Positions 15,508 to 32,919 of a stretch of DNA of 64,000 bases are shown here, piece after piece. The translations under genes and the position numbers were made by a program. This DNA comes from the human T2T-CHM13v2.0 reference genome, Homo sapiens. Where the stretch lies: assembly GCF_009914755.1 (NCBI RefSeq), contig NC_060934.1; one strand, given 5' to 3'. Position 1 is the stretch's first letter. Each line of letters begins with the position of its first letter. The notes beneath the pieces were generated by a model. The model saw only the letters and a list, made by a program, of their open reading frames with translations. It was not told where the DNA came from and did no database searches.

Positions 15508-15609
15508 GTCCCACATTTGACCAAGGAGTGCCTGGTAGCGTTGAGATGTGGGAGAGAATGCACTGATCTGAAGGCAGCCCTGCGTCAGGAATTCAGCAAC
15601 CTGGAAGAG
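15508..15609 (+). CDS. GSTO2: GSTO2 exon 5
   Basis: gattag| and |gtacaa; VPHLTKECLVALRCGRECTDLKAALRQEFSNLEE; 102 nt, phase 0-0. Confidence 0.96.
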
Positions 15610-16027
15610 GTACAAAAAGGGGTCCCTCTCCTGGTCAGCTACAGTGGAGGAAGCTAGGCAGGGTCGCTAACCTGGTCACTCTGACACCAGCTTTCACAGG
15701 CTTATTCTTTCTGCCTTTGATAAGTCAGACTTCTGATCATCTGATTGCATGTTTGCCCTCCTCTAACCTGGTCTAGAATTATTCTGGAAAATCTGATGAG
15801 GAGTTGGGGAGGACATGCCATGAATTGCTTCCTTTCCCAGAGTCACCCCATCTCCCTGAGTAGCTCTGCATGGCTTCTGTAGCTTCTGCCAATGAGGTCA
15901 AGGTCTGTAAAGGTTAGGGGTTGTGTTTGGCTGCTGAAGTCTAACTACTGTAAATTCATGTTGTAAGGGTTTACTCTCTCACATAACATTCTTTCTCACG
16001 TATTATAAGGGTTTATTCTCACACATA

Positions 16028-16328
16028 CGGTGGCTCACACCTGTGATCCCAGCACTTGGGGAGGCTGAAGCAGGAGGATCACTTGAGCCTAGAAGTTTAA
16101 GACCAGCCTAGGCAACATAGCAAGACCCCTCCTCTACAAAAATAATTTTAAAAATTAGCTAGGCATAACGATGTATACCTGTAGTCCCAGCTACTTAGGA
16201 GGCTGAGGCAGGAGGATTGCTTGAGTCTGGGAGGTCAAAGCTGCAGTGAGCCATGATTGCACCACTGCACTCTAGCCTGGGTGACAGAGTAAGTAGGACT
16301 GACAAAAAAAAAAAAAAAAAAAAAAAAA
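16028..16328 (+). mobile_element. Alu (AluJ-like)
   Basis: Sense Alu with A-tail. Confidence 0.9.
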
Positions 16329-18275
16329 GCCAGAGGTAGGCAGTTCAGGCCTATCTTGATGGCTTCTTCATGACATTATCAGGAACTGAAGCTTTTTCTC
16401 TTTATGGGCTCTGTCATCCTTAGCACAACTTAGTACAAGGGTATCATCCTCAAAATAACAAGATAGCTGCTGTCACTGCAGCCATCACATCCAAGTTCCA
16501 GGCTCTGAAAAGGAGAATATAAAGAAAAAAATGGCAAATGGTCATACCCCTTTAAAGGGCTTTAAATCCTACCAGAAATTCTACTCAATGGCTATTTACA
16601 TTTCGTTGGCCAGAACTTAGTTGTGGGGTCATAACTATCTTAGAGAAAGCTGGGAAATACAGTCTTTTAGCTGGGATACCCTGAATAAAATCAGAGGTCT
16701 GTAATTAAGGAAGAAGGGGGAAATGGGTGCGGTGGCAGGAATACTCTTTGCCAGTAGATGCTTCATTAACCTGGCAGTAATGGAGCTACTTATCCCGTAC
16801 TTCTAGAATAATCAGGAAGGCAGTTCTTTTACTTCCTTTATTTTTGCTCCAGAAACTGACAAATTCACCTTATGGGTGGGTGGTTCCTCTATTGGCAGCC
16901 AGAGAATACAATTTTTTTCCCCTTAAGGGAAGACTGGTTATTAATACTCTTCCATTTGACCTTTATCAAGTGGAAACAGATTAAATGTATTGATATTTCC
17001 AGTTGCCTATCTCAAATTTGTACGATTAAGTATTTATGGATGACGAATGGTCATGTGTAGGAAATGTCAACCTTTTGTCCTGAGGTCACCAACTGTGGCC
17101 TTGACTCCAAGGAGGCCATATGATGTGGTGGAAAGAATCTTGGATCTTAGGCTTGGCTTTACTGAATTCCAGAACCTTGGGCAATGTTCTGTACCTCTCT
17201 GGGCCTTGGTTTTCCCATGTGTAAAATGAGGGATTATTTTGAAATGTGTGTTCCTCAGAGCCTCTGGGTTCTGCAGGGGACTGCCCAGTGAGTGGAGGCC
17301 TGGTAGATTGTTCTAGACACTGCTTTACTTAGGTCAGCACTGCCTTCAACCACCATGTTCAACCTGACATCTAAGAAGATGGCATTTGGGGAGAGAGGAG
17401 AGCTGCTGCTTTAAAAAAGAAGTTCGAAAATCTTGTGAATAGAGAATTTATAGTCTATTTTAAAGATCAGCTGAATGGACCCCATCATGCCTGGTTACCT
17501 TCTCACAGATAAACAAATACTGGACCAGGGAAAGGAGCTGGGAAAAAAAAAACTCTTTGAATTCAACGATACAGTAATTGAAACATTTTCATCAGTTTCC
17601 CTTCTACCTCCATTTGGATGATGGATGAACTTTTTAAATTACAGATTGCTAGATGAAAGTATAGGGTTATGATGGAGATACAGTTCTTCTTCAGTCGGGG
17701 GTCTTTTCCAGGGCAAATGAACCAGTATTTTGTGCCATGAATCGTGCTGCAGATACTTGCATACATCATCTCATTCAATCTTTCCAACAACCTTCTCAGG
17801 TACAAATGGTACTAGTCCTGTTTTGCAAATTGGAGTGGCCTCTCTGTAAAGGCTCAGAACTAGGTACTAGGAATAAAAAGAAATTAAAGACCCTCGAGGG
17901 GCTCAAAGCCTGGACAGGGAGATAGGCTGTTAAGCCCATTTAAAACCTGGGTGTGTTGAGTGCTAGGCTGGAGACATGCATACAAGAAGGCTGGTCTGTG
18001 GGGGTAGATAATGCCTCTGTTGACTCTTAGGATGAATTAGAGGCACAAGGGTGAGAGCCTGGTGTGTTCGGCAAACAATAATCAGTGAGGGGTTGACAGC
18101 GAGGGAGTGATTGGTAAGAGGTGAATGTGGAGGGTGGACCAGAGTCAGATGCTAAAAGGCCTTTTCCACTGTGCCCAGGGATTTGCACTTTATTTCAGAG
18201 TTGATGGTGAGTAATTGAAGCCTGTCAAGCAGGAGAGTGGTGTACTCCTTCATACTTTTAAAAGTATTCAGTCCA

Positions 18276-18716
<441 letters not shown>

Positions 18717-19478
18717 GTTCAGCCCAGCAAGAATGTAGAGGATGGATTAGAGTGTCCAAGAGGAGGGACTGGGAAGGGACAAAGAGGACCCCACTAACGA
18801 GGGTTGGAGAGGGAGGTTTAATTAGAGAGATTTTGAGGAACTAAGATGAGATGAAATCTGAGGAAGGAGTAGGAGTTATGGAGGATGGTTTCCAAGTTTG
18901 TGGCCGGTAAATGTGATGCTTTTCACTAAGAGTTTGAGGGAAGACACATTTTGTCAAATTTGTGGTGTTGATGGGATATTCATATGCGGGCAGAGCTTAG
19001 AAGAACAATGTATGGTCTCTACTGGACCTTTGGAATGGTTTTATGGGCTAGGAGCTTTCACCAGAGAGTTTAGGAATGTCATTAGTGGGGTGGTGATAAA
19101 TGTTTAAGAATCAATTTTCTCTTAAAAGAGAAAGAAAAAGAAAAAGCACGGATTTATAGCATTTGCTGATTTGGGTGGTGTAAACACTTCCGTCAAGGTT
19201 AATTTTGAGCTACCAATGTGCTATTTCTAAACTCAAGAGCTGGCAAAAGATGTGGGCAGCTCCAGCATGTCACTGAATAAGAAATTTCACTTTATCTTCA
19301 ATAACTGAGCCCCAGGAACACTGTTGTTAACCAGCCTCTATATAGGTAGCTTTCACTAACCAGCCTCGGTGTAGGTAGCTTTCACTGATGCTATTTAAGG
19401 ACCACTGAGTACTCCACATTGTCCTAACAGGTTTGAATGTGGTTTTGTCCCATAGAATGTTAGCAAGAATTGTAGCTA

Positions 19479-19854
<376 letters not shown>

Positions 19855-20211
19855 TTAAATGCCAAAATATTTATTCCAGGAGATTCTAGTGAAATTGAAA
19901 TTTATCAGAATAATTCTAATGGAGAGGATCCCCTGATGTATGTAACTCTTTCACATGGTTTTGCACAATCAGGATTTTTTGTGAGCTAAAAATATATTAA
20001 ATACTCATTGTCTTTCTGAGTGATAAGCAAGCCAAGATTTCATGCATAATCTTCTGCTATGTTATCCTGAAACAGAAGGCTCAGTTAACCTTTTGTGGCC
20101 TTAAACTCTGACACTTTCTTCTTTTGAAATAACTGCCTTGTCTAACTTTTTAAGTTTTTTTTTTTTTTGGCTTGTTTTTTTGTTTGCTTGTTAGTTTTTT
20201 AAATCTAGTTT

Positions 20212-20508
20212 CAGGTGGGTTCAGTGGCTCATGCCTGCAATCCCAGCACTTTGGGAGGCCGAGGCGGGCAGATCATTTTAATCCAGGAGTCCGAGACAAG
20301 ACTGTACAACATGGCAAAACCTTATCTCTACAAAAAATACAAAAATTAGTTGGATGTGGTGATGCATACCCGTGGTCCCTGCTACTTGGGAGGCTGAGGT
20401 GGGAGGATCACTTGAGTCCAGGAGGTCAAGGCTGCAGTGAGCTATGATCATGCCACTGTACTCCAGCCTGGGTGACAGAGTGAGACTTTGTCTCCAAGAA
20501 AAAAAAAA
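20212..20508 (+). mobile_element. Alu (AluJ-like)
   Basis: Sense Alu with A-tail. Confidence 0.9.
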
Positions 20509-21399
20509 TTAAGTTCCATCAAAATCAAAGATTTATTGTGCTTGTTATATAACCACATTTTTCTCTAATATCTTTTACAATTCTTTGAGATATATTACTG
20601 CCACTTTTATTATCAAACTAGCAGCCTGCTCACTGGCTTTCCTGTTCTGAACATTGGCATGAGTTTTAAAACTATGACACTTGTCTTGTCTTGCTGCACT
20701 TTATGTCTTCAAGCAGATTTTCTAGCCCTTACTGAATCATTACTCTAAGCAGCACACATTTTTTAGTTTTATTCTTTTTCAGGTATTGACTTTCCCATTT
20801 CAGAATGGGACTTGAGCCAGGCTTCATTTGATCTTTGTGGATTTGAATGTGGCAGGACCTCTTGGTGTCACTTTTTATCTGTGCCTTCCAAAAATATTTT
20901 CATTATGGAAGTAGTCAAATCAAGTCCAAGTGCAGTGAAAGGTGGATTTGGTCAGATTTCCTTGAGGCTTTGGAGTTTTGCTTTAAATCTAGAAAGTGTT
21001 CGTGGCTTCTGAATTGGTTCTGCACTCTGACTATTGCTTGGTCCTTTCTTCGTCATCATCAGAGCTCCATAAAAGAGAGCGGGGAGGGGATAACATAAAT
21101 AATGCTGAAATAGCCCTGAGGGATGAGACATGGCCCAGCAACTGAAGCCTTCGTCTGCCCGTGGCCACAGGGCACTTTATGGTTTTGCTTCTTGTCATTC
21201 AACCACCTGCCTTGGGGTGCTTCACTTTGCATTTCCACGCAGAGTTTCCCGCATTGCCAAACTTGATCATGTGCCTTATGTGTAGCAGTTTGCATGAGGT
21301 GGAATTTGCATAAATTATGTGTGCATCACCCAGGAGCATCTGTAGTTAAATACTTTATTGATTCTAAATTTTGCCCATAATCTTAATTTTTTAATTATT

Positions 21400-21900
<501 letters not shown>

Positions 21901-22209
21901 TAATCTTAATTTTTAAACTGTTCTTTCTTCTCATCAAAAAAGACATTTATTCAAGTTAGATTATATTGTCTTGGTTTAGTTTTGCTTTTGCTCTTTCTTA
22001 ATTTTTATTAATTTCCAGTGATGAAATTATTTATATATTGTTTAATTGTTTCTCCTTTGATATCACCAGGATAGGAAGAAAAGAAAGTTTATACCTGGTT
22101 AATTCGTCACTGAAAACAATTTTCTGTATCCTTTTATATATAGTAGACTACAAGCTAAATTTTTTATCATCTAAGTTAACATGTCTATAAACTAAATTCA
22201 TTATTACTA

Positions 22210-22700
22210 GCTATTTTTAATAAGTTATTGAGATATAATTCATATGCCACAAAATTCACCCTTTTCCAGTGTACAATTCACTGGCTTTTAGTATATTAAG
22301 TGAGTTGTGCAACTATCACCAGTATTTAATTTCAGAGCGTTTTTTTATCATCCCCCAGAAAAACTGCTCACTTGTAAGCTGTCATTTTCCATTTCTTCTC
22401 AATCCCTGTGGCTGTACGCAGCCACTGATCTGCTTTCTGTCTCTATGGATTGACTTATTCTAGACACTTCATATAAGTGGAATCATACAACATGTAGCAT
22501 TTCATGAGCTATTTTCACATACCATAATGTTCTTAAGGTTCATCCTTCATTCTTTTTTATGGCTAAATAATATTCCATGTGTGAATACGCACATTTTGTT
22601 TATCCACATCTGGGAAGGTTCCACTCTTGGAACTAATATGGATAATGTTGCTGTGAACACCATGCAGGTTTTTGCATGAATATACGTTGTTATTTCTCTT
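22210..22700 (-). mobile_element. L1M 3'-end fragment
   Basis: gagatataattcata...ctgatctgctttctgtctctatggat...ataagtggaatcatac, typical antisense L1MB/L1MC. Confidence 0.75.
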
Positions 22701-23195
22701 GGATTTGCTAGCTGATTTAGCATGTTTACTAACATGCCATTTTAGTTGTAACCACCATTCTTTCACACTTGGGAACTGGTTATCCCTGACTCAGGATGCC
22801 TCGTTAAGTGTATTAGTGCTGTTGCTAGTTGGGTTACTTCCTTCATCATCCAATTCTGACAGCTGCTAATATTTGCTGTACTTCTTTCAATAGCTTTCTG
22901 ATATACCCTTTCCCATCACATAAATAATAGAATAATAATTATTCTTATTATTTAAAAATTAATTTTACTCTTCTCCAATTATAAAGTAATACTTGTTCAT
23001 TAGAGAGAATTTGGAAAATACAGGAAAACATAGAAACTAAGGAAAAAAATTATAATCCCACTACCCAGAAACAACCACTGTTATTATCTTGGGGACTTTT
23101 TTGTTTTTGTTTTCTGTCCTTTTCTGCTATGTATATTTTATGTAGTTGAAACTTGGTTACTATTATGATGTAAATATTCCCCACACCCCCTGCCA

Positions 23196-23488
23196 TTTTA
23201 TTTTGAGACAGGGTTTTACTCTGTTGCCCAGGCTGGAATGCAGGGTGCAATCACGCCTCACTGCAACCTTGAACTCCTGAGCTCAAGGGAGCCTCCCAAC
23301 TCAGTCTCCTGAGTAGCTGGGACTACAGGCATGTGCCACCATGCCTAGCTAGTTTTCTTTTTAACTTTTGTAGAGACAGGGTCTCCCTCTGTTGCCCAGG
23401 CTGGTGTCGAACTCCTGGGCTCAAGTGACCCACTTGTCTTTGCCTTCCAAAATGTTGGCATTACAGGTGTGAGCCACCACACCTGGCC
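23196..23488 (-). mobile_element. Alu (AluJ-like)
   Basis: Antisense Alu consensus. Confidence 0.9.
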
Positions 23489-23867
23489 AATTTTTATAAA
23501 CTCTGTAAATGCTTATTTACATATATAAGAGTGTTCCTTAGAGCAGCAGCATTATTTGTGATGATGACAAATTAGGAAACAATATTCATTAGATGGTGAG
23601 TGGTTAAGTAAATCATGTCTGTCTTGTGGAATTCTGTGGAACGGCTGAAAATGAATGAGGTAAATCTATGTGTACTGACATTAAAAGATTGCCTAGAAAT
23701 ATTAAATGAATCACACAGTAATACAGGTGGTATGATCCCATTTTAGCAGAAGAAAACAAAACTGAACCATGCAGGTGTGCACATACATGTAAATAAGTGG
23801 CTAGAAAAGTATCTAGAGAGAAACACATCCACCTCCTAGTAATGTCTCACACTGGGAAGGGGGCTGA

Positions 23868-24321
<454 letters not shown>

Positions 24322-25225
24322 GAAAACACTTTTAATGTCTGCATACTTTGCCATGTTTATAAACCATAAAGTTATTTATCCAGCACACTAATTAGGAGTG
24401 TTTAGATGGTTTTCAGTCCTTTACTGTTTTGAATGGTGCTGCAGGGAACATCAGCTTCTTTGCATAAAAAGCATTTTCTCTATTTTAGAATATGTTCTTA
24501 AGCTGGACTCTCAGGAATGGAATTACCAGATCAAAGGGTATAATGAGCACATTGGAGGCTTGGACTGTATTTCACTAAATTGCTTCCCAAAAGACTTGTG
24601 TTGTTTGCCCCTCACCAGCAGTATGTGAAAATGCTCTTTGCCCTATATCCTTTTCACTGGTGGGAGAGTTCATTCAAAAAGATATTTGTTTGTTGAATAA
24701 TATTTGCTGTGGAGATACACTGTAGTTCCTCATTGTTGACTTAATGCATATTTCTTTGATGGCCAGGGAAGTGGAAGGTTTTCCCGGAAGTATGTCATCC
24801 CTTGCTCCTGGTCTTGCAAAATTTGTCTGTTCAGTTCAGGGGCTTTGCCTATCTGGCCATCAGAGTCTTACTAATTTTCTTTGTTGATTTGTAAAAGTTC
24901 CTTTTAAAGCGTTCCTTGTATAGAAAAGATATTTGACTGGTTTTAAAACACATTTTTGTTTTCTTTTGACTTTTAATTTGGCTTATATATTTTTGCATAT
25001 GGAAGTACAGCATTTGAAAGTATTGTGCTATAAGGCTTTCCTTATATGTGCTATGATTTCCTCCACTGTTTTATGTGTAGGAAGTCCTCTCCCCACTTCA
25101 GAGACTTGATAAATATTCATTTATATTTTCATCTACCACCAATCACTTTACAGACATTTGACTGGTCAAGCATTACCCTCCTAGCTTTTCCCCCCACACT
25201 ATCTTACAAATATATTGTGATTTGT

Positions 25226-25527
<302 letters not shown>

Positions 25528-25897
25528 CTACAAATATATTTTGAAGATACGAATTAAGCTCATTAAAAGGATGCCAGCATAGAATTTTCAGAGTGGTCCT
25601 TTAATCCCCAAATTTTGACAGTTGTATTCTGCACCTTCATGGAGAATCTAGGTCATAACTGATGAGCAGCAGGAGGGGCATGTTCTGCTGCAGGTCCTCC
25701 CTCTAAGGCTCCTTCCCAGAGGAGAAAATGGTCTTAAATATGCCCTAGGTTTGTTCCACACCCTAGGTTTGTTTTACAGGGAACTGGGTCATCACATGGT
25801 TAGCTCAGCCTCAGCTATATCATTTTAGCAGGGATCTGAGATTTGAAATCTTAAGAACCTCCATTTATCTTTTATGAGCTCAAAACATTTCTGCCCT

Positions 25898-27182
<1,285 letters not shown>

Positions 27183-28333
27183 GATTTCTGCCCTGGAGTT
27201 GAGTACTTTTCCACTGCTTCTGGAAAAGGGCCAGTATTGCTGATGTACTGGCATGTTGCTTTGTGTCTTTTTAGGGGCCACAGAGGGTGGAGGATGGCTT
27301 CTGCTTTTTTGGGGGGCAGAGAGTAGGGGATGACCTCTGCATTTTCAGAACGATTTTCATGAGGAAAAACTTTCTTCCTCCTCCAGCAAGTACAGCAGCC
27401 CCCACTGGGAGCCACCACACTGTTTCGAGATTGGGGGCTTGGGATTTCTTGGCAATGGTGTAGAGGATGGTGAAGGTGAGCTGGCCTCTTCAAGGTTTGA
27501 AGCTCAATTATTGAGGCTGAACCAAAGAGTTGAAGACTGGAGCTCTCTCGAATGCCTGGTTTGGAGATGTCTGGGATTCGCTTCTCCTAATGATCTTGCT
27601 TCTCTCGCGAAAACTGCAGATTTCTTCATCCTCCGGTTGAACGTTCTTGGGGAGCCGCGGCCGACGCGCCTCGCACTGATGGCCACCAGGGGGAGCCCCG
27701 CGCGCTTCCTCCTTCCCCTTGTGTTCCAGGGCGCACTTCAAAACGCTGACGTTCTCCTTCGTCCCTCTGGGGGCGCCCGAGGGGCCCTCGCAGAAGATGA
27801 GGTGCCTTTCCAGCCAGGCTTCTCGCGTGCAGGGCTTGGGAACAGTGCATCCCCATCCTACCAAGCAGTCCCTTCCTCTTCATTTGCATCGCGTCCGTAG
27901 TCTTATTTTTCAGTGAACTGGAGAACAGAAAATTTTAAAATAGATTTTTCTAATATTCCAGAAGGTCAAACACCTTTCTGCAAAGTATCTAGCATACTAA
28001 AGGGGAAGTAATTTTACATGTCTGGAAGGTACCATGTTTGCATTAGAAAGGAGCTCTTCTATTGTACTAAAGTCTCCAACAAACCTCTTGAACTCTTAAG
28101 CCTGAATTGAAAATGTGTCAATGTTTTCAGAAAATCTGAGGCCTAGAAGCTAGAGCCTCAGTTCCCTCCCCTGCCATTTGTAGAAGCCTTATAGGGGATA
28201 TCTGGGGTTTTTGAAGAAAAACACTTTCTAAGTAGGCTATTTTGCTTTGCTTGTTCATACAAAAGACAGGGGTTCTGAAAGTGAGGGATGCCATTGTGAG
28301 GGAAGCTATTCAACATTAAGAATGGCCAATATC

Positions 28334-28900
<567 letters not shown>

Positions 28901-29539
28901 TGATATATAATCAGGTGGAAGAACTCAACATAGAATTCTTTAAAAGGATGGATTGGATATTAACATAACTACTGCTAAGTGGATCTAGATCTAACACCCA
29001 TTTTTCATTCCATTTCTGATGATAAAACACTTAAGAAAGACAAGACATTGGATGTTAAGTCTGTCAGTTTATTTTGCCTCTGCCTCTATCCTAAAATTTT
29101 TTCAGAGGGGTAAATGCAAGGGACTTGTTTTAAATTGAGTACAAGAAAGAACTATTTTAGTAAAGTTGCCTGAAGATCTGCTCATCAGTGGAATAAAACA
29201 GGAAGGACAGAATTCTGATAAGCTCTTTCATAATGACTATGTTGGAATGTCTCATCCCTCTGTCAGTTGCTTTGGCTTGAGCTTCTGATTCAGAGAGCAT
29301 GAAAAGGTGAGACTAAGGAGGAAATTCTTTTCACAGAGAAGCTCAGAGCCGAACCAATCCTTGGCTGTAGAGAAGGAGGAGCTTTCAGAGTTTGCTGGTT
29401 CCAAGCTTTTTTCTGTTACTTAAATTTAAAGCTGGAACAGAAGGTCAAGAAACAGGAAGGAAAACCGTATCAAGATATCAAGTCATGGTATTCTTTTTCA
29501 TTCTTACAGAAAAGAATTCACAAGAGACTTGAGGAAGCT

Positions 29540-29692
29540 TTTTTATTTTTATTTTGTTCTGTTTATTTATTTATTTTAAGATGGGGTCTCACCCTGTTGC
29601 CCAGGTTGGTCTCAAACTTCTGGGCTCAAGTGATCTGCCCACTTCGGCCTCCCAAATTGCTGTGATTACAGGCATGAGCCACTGCGCCTGGC

Positions 29693-29750
<58 letters not shown>

Positions 29751-29977
29751 GACAAGGTCTTTCTCTAGAGTGCAGTGGCATGTTCACAGCTTAGTGCAGC
29801 CTTGACCTCCCAGCCTCAAGTGATCCTTCCACCTCAGCCTCCTTAGTAGCTAGGACTACAGGCATCACTAGGACTACAGGTGCCACCACCACGTCCAGCT
29901 AATTTTCGTATTGTTTGTAGAGACGGGGTTTCACCGTGTTTCTCAGGCTGGTCTCAAACTCCTTGGCTCAAGCAATT
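29540..29977 (-). mobile_element. Alu monomer plus AluJ-like element with a very long poly(T)
   Basis: Antisense Alu units; about 53 T at 29696-29748; flanks ggaagctttt. Confidence 0.85.
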
Positions 29978-32502
29978 TAAGGAAGCTTTTCATTAGAGTC
30001 TAAAAATACATATTTGAATTGAATGACACAGGGTTGACACTAGTCGGAGAATTAGGAAAATGTGATATGCGTGTTAGTTCCAGTGCAAACCGGAGAGCCC
30101 GTTAACCTCCCTGGGACTGGGTTTCCTCCTCTGCACAGCAAGGCTCCCCTGTCCTTCCCCATGGGAGACAAGAATCACATCACCAGCATGTTTTCCTCTC
30201 CCCTTTGGCTGCCAGGAAACTCAAGAGTCAAATTCAAGGCTTTATTGAAGGAACTCTGCAGGACCCAGGACGTGATATCTTGATACTGTTTTCCTTCCTG
30301 GTTTTTGACCTTCTGTTCCAACTTGCGTTTTCCCTGATTATAGCATTTTATTATTTTTCATATTTAGTATGTAGTGCACATTTTTACACTACACTTCTAA
30401 TCCTTTGTGTAATGATCATGGTAGAAATAAATGGTGAAATGAGGAGGTCCCACTTAGATGAGTTTCAGGGGTCCTTCCAGTCCCAATTTTCCAGGATTCT
30501 TAAGGGGAAAAAGTAATTTTACATGTCTGGAAGGTTCCAGGTTTGCACAGAAGGGAACTCTCCTATCGAGAGTCCTGAGGACTTCAGCAGACCTCCAGGG
30601 AGGCCTGTCCAGGATGTTCTCCTACGTCTGTAAAGGAGTGAGCACTTTGTGCTAGTTTAGGGAAAGACAGCTTTTCTGTTGGGATTTTAGACTTACCCTG
30701 CTTGAAATTGGTGGAAAAATACCTGTCTGGGATGGGGCTCAATAATCTGCAGCTGTATTAGGAAATGCAAGTAGTTTTGATGTGGGTGGTTTCAAGACAT
30801 ATTTGGAAAATGTGAGGGAAATGTGTATGTGCATTTGCTGAGCGGGGGACTGGTGAAGGATCACCGATCCATTTATTCCTAATGCTCATCTCAGCTTTTT
30901 ATTGTGCCGAGTACCTTGATAAGGCTTGGGTTATTTTATGAGCGTTTATATATAAATTGATAGTGTCCATCAGATCATGTATATTTAGAGGCATGCTCCT
31001 ACTTTGAGTAAATGGAAAGCTTTAGAGATATACACTAAATAAACATCAGTTACTAATTAAAAATTCCCTCCTCACTTTACCAAAGGACCCACCATGGGTT
31101 CCATTAAATGTCTATTTATGGTTTGTTTTGACAAAGACTTTTCCAAGAACACCTCTGTTCTGTAAAGCAGAAGAGCTGTGTAGATGTTCCAGAGTCGCTT
31201 GGTGTAAATTTGGTTCTGATTTGTGCCGTGAAGCCCAATAACAAACTGGAGGCACACATTTCAAAGCCAGTGGTAAGAGTTTGAGTAGTGATCATCTATT
31301 CCTGAACATAAAGTCTGGAGCCTTCTGGAATCCATAAAAATGGAATGATTTGTTCCTTTCCCCTCTAACCAAATTTTATTCATACCTGGCTATAAATAGC
31401 TTCTGTTTTGAGTTTTCACTGGTCAGACTCTGCTGTTTTAGTGCCATCCTGTTAGCTTCCTTGAACAAGGTAATGCCACCTAACATGTTTTTTCAGACTT
31501 CCAGGACAATGATCAGGGGGACTTCTCCATGCCACACTGGGAGGTGTGAAGGTGTAGGCTTTAGGGCAACCCCTCTGAGAAGGGGTGGCAGGTGGAGGAG
31601 CCCATTGATCCTTTCTATCAGGGATGGATTTGCTTTCTGTGGGTGTCACCTTCAGGGGCCTGTGTTCCCACTCATCACAGGAGCTCATATTTACTCAGTG
31701 GGGCCAGAGTGTTCTTCATACATGGTGATTTTACTCCTCACCATAACCTCCGTGGTGCGTGCTAACATGACCACCATTTTGCAGATGAGAACATGGAGGC
31801 TTGCAGGGGAGGTAAGTTGCCCCAGGTTCCATGCTGAATCAGAGGTCAAGCTCAGCACACAGCACAGGACCAAGTCTGCTGGTTCCCAAGCTCACATCCT
31901 TACCTACAACTCTGAATCACCCCACAGCAGAGTCAACAAGCTGGCCTGGCATGTGAAGAAGCAAGCCTGGGTGTCTCCTGGCTGCCAGTGCCATCCCTGC
32001 CCCGGGACCCTAATCCACAGTTTGATTCTGGTCCTTTTGCCCTCTGTCCCTCACCAGAACCCTGATATTTCCAGATGAAAACACGAGTATAGCTTATTTC
32101 CACAACTCACCTGGGCCCAGCAATCAAGATCTATAGCTATAGGGAAGTATTGAGTTGATTATGAGTTATATAGGTCAAAATGAGTAGCTTGCTTGATTGA
32201 AGCAGGTAATTCGTGCCATACTTTTCTCTTTGGGAAGACCTGTACCAACAATAACCTCTGCTAAACACTTTCGCTTTTTTAAATTTGCAGGTACTTTTTT
32301 GGGGCTGTCTTTGGCTGCCTGTCTGTTGAGAGTTTGTTTTCTTTACAGTCCATCTGATTTACAGTCCATCCGGGTTGATTTGTCTCATTTGGGAATGAGA
32401 AATTTTATTTTAATGCATTAAGTAATAGTGTTGAGTGGCCAACAAATGTGAAGTTTGAAAAGCTCAAATGAAAAAAAAAGTGTGATAGAAACACAGAGTT
32501 GG

Positions 32503-32810
<308 letters not shown>

Positions 32811-32919
32811 AACACAGGTTGGAATTTGAGGGGGCCTGTTAAATAGGATGCTCTTTCCTGCCTTAGTTTTGAATTAATTGAGAAGATAAAATAATAAGGC
32901 ATGGAGATTAGAGCATCCC

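Noticed and set aside
31350-32078. 242-aa + strand ORF
   Set aside because: Non-ATG start, runs through MIR-like sequence, no recognisable domain; partly the antisense shadow of the candidate minus-strand exon
32160-32230. Peptide KVWHELPASIKQATHF resembling an L2/CR1 ORF2 C-terminus
   Set aside because: Too short, with no flanking LINE similarity seen; kept only as an alternative explanation to test with Dfam
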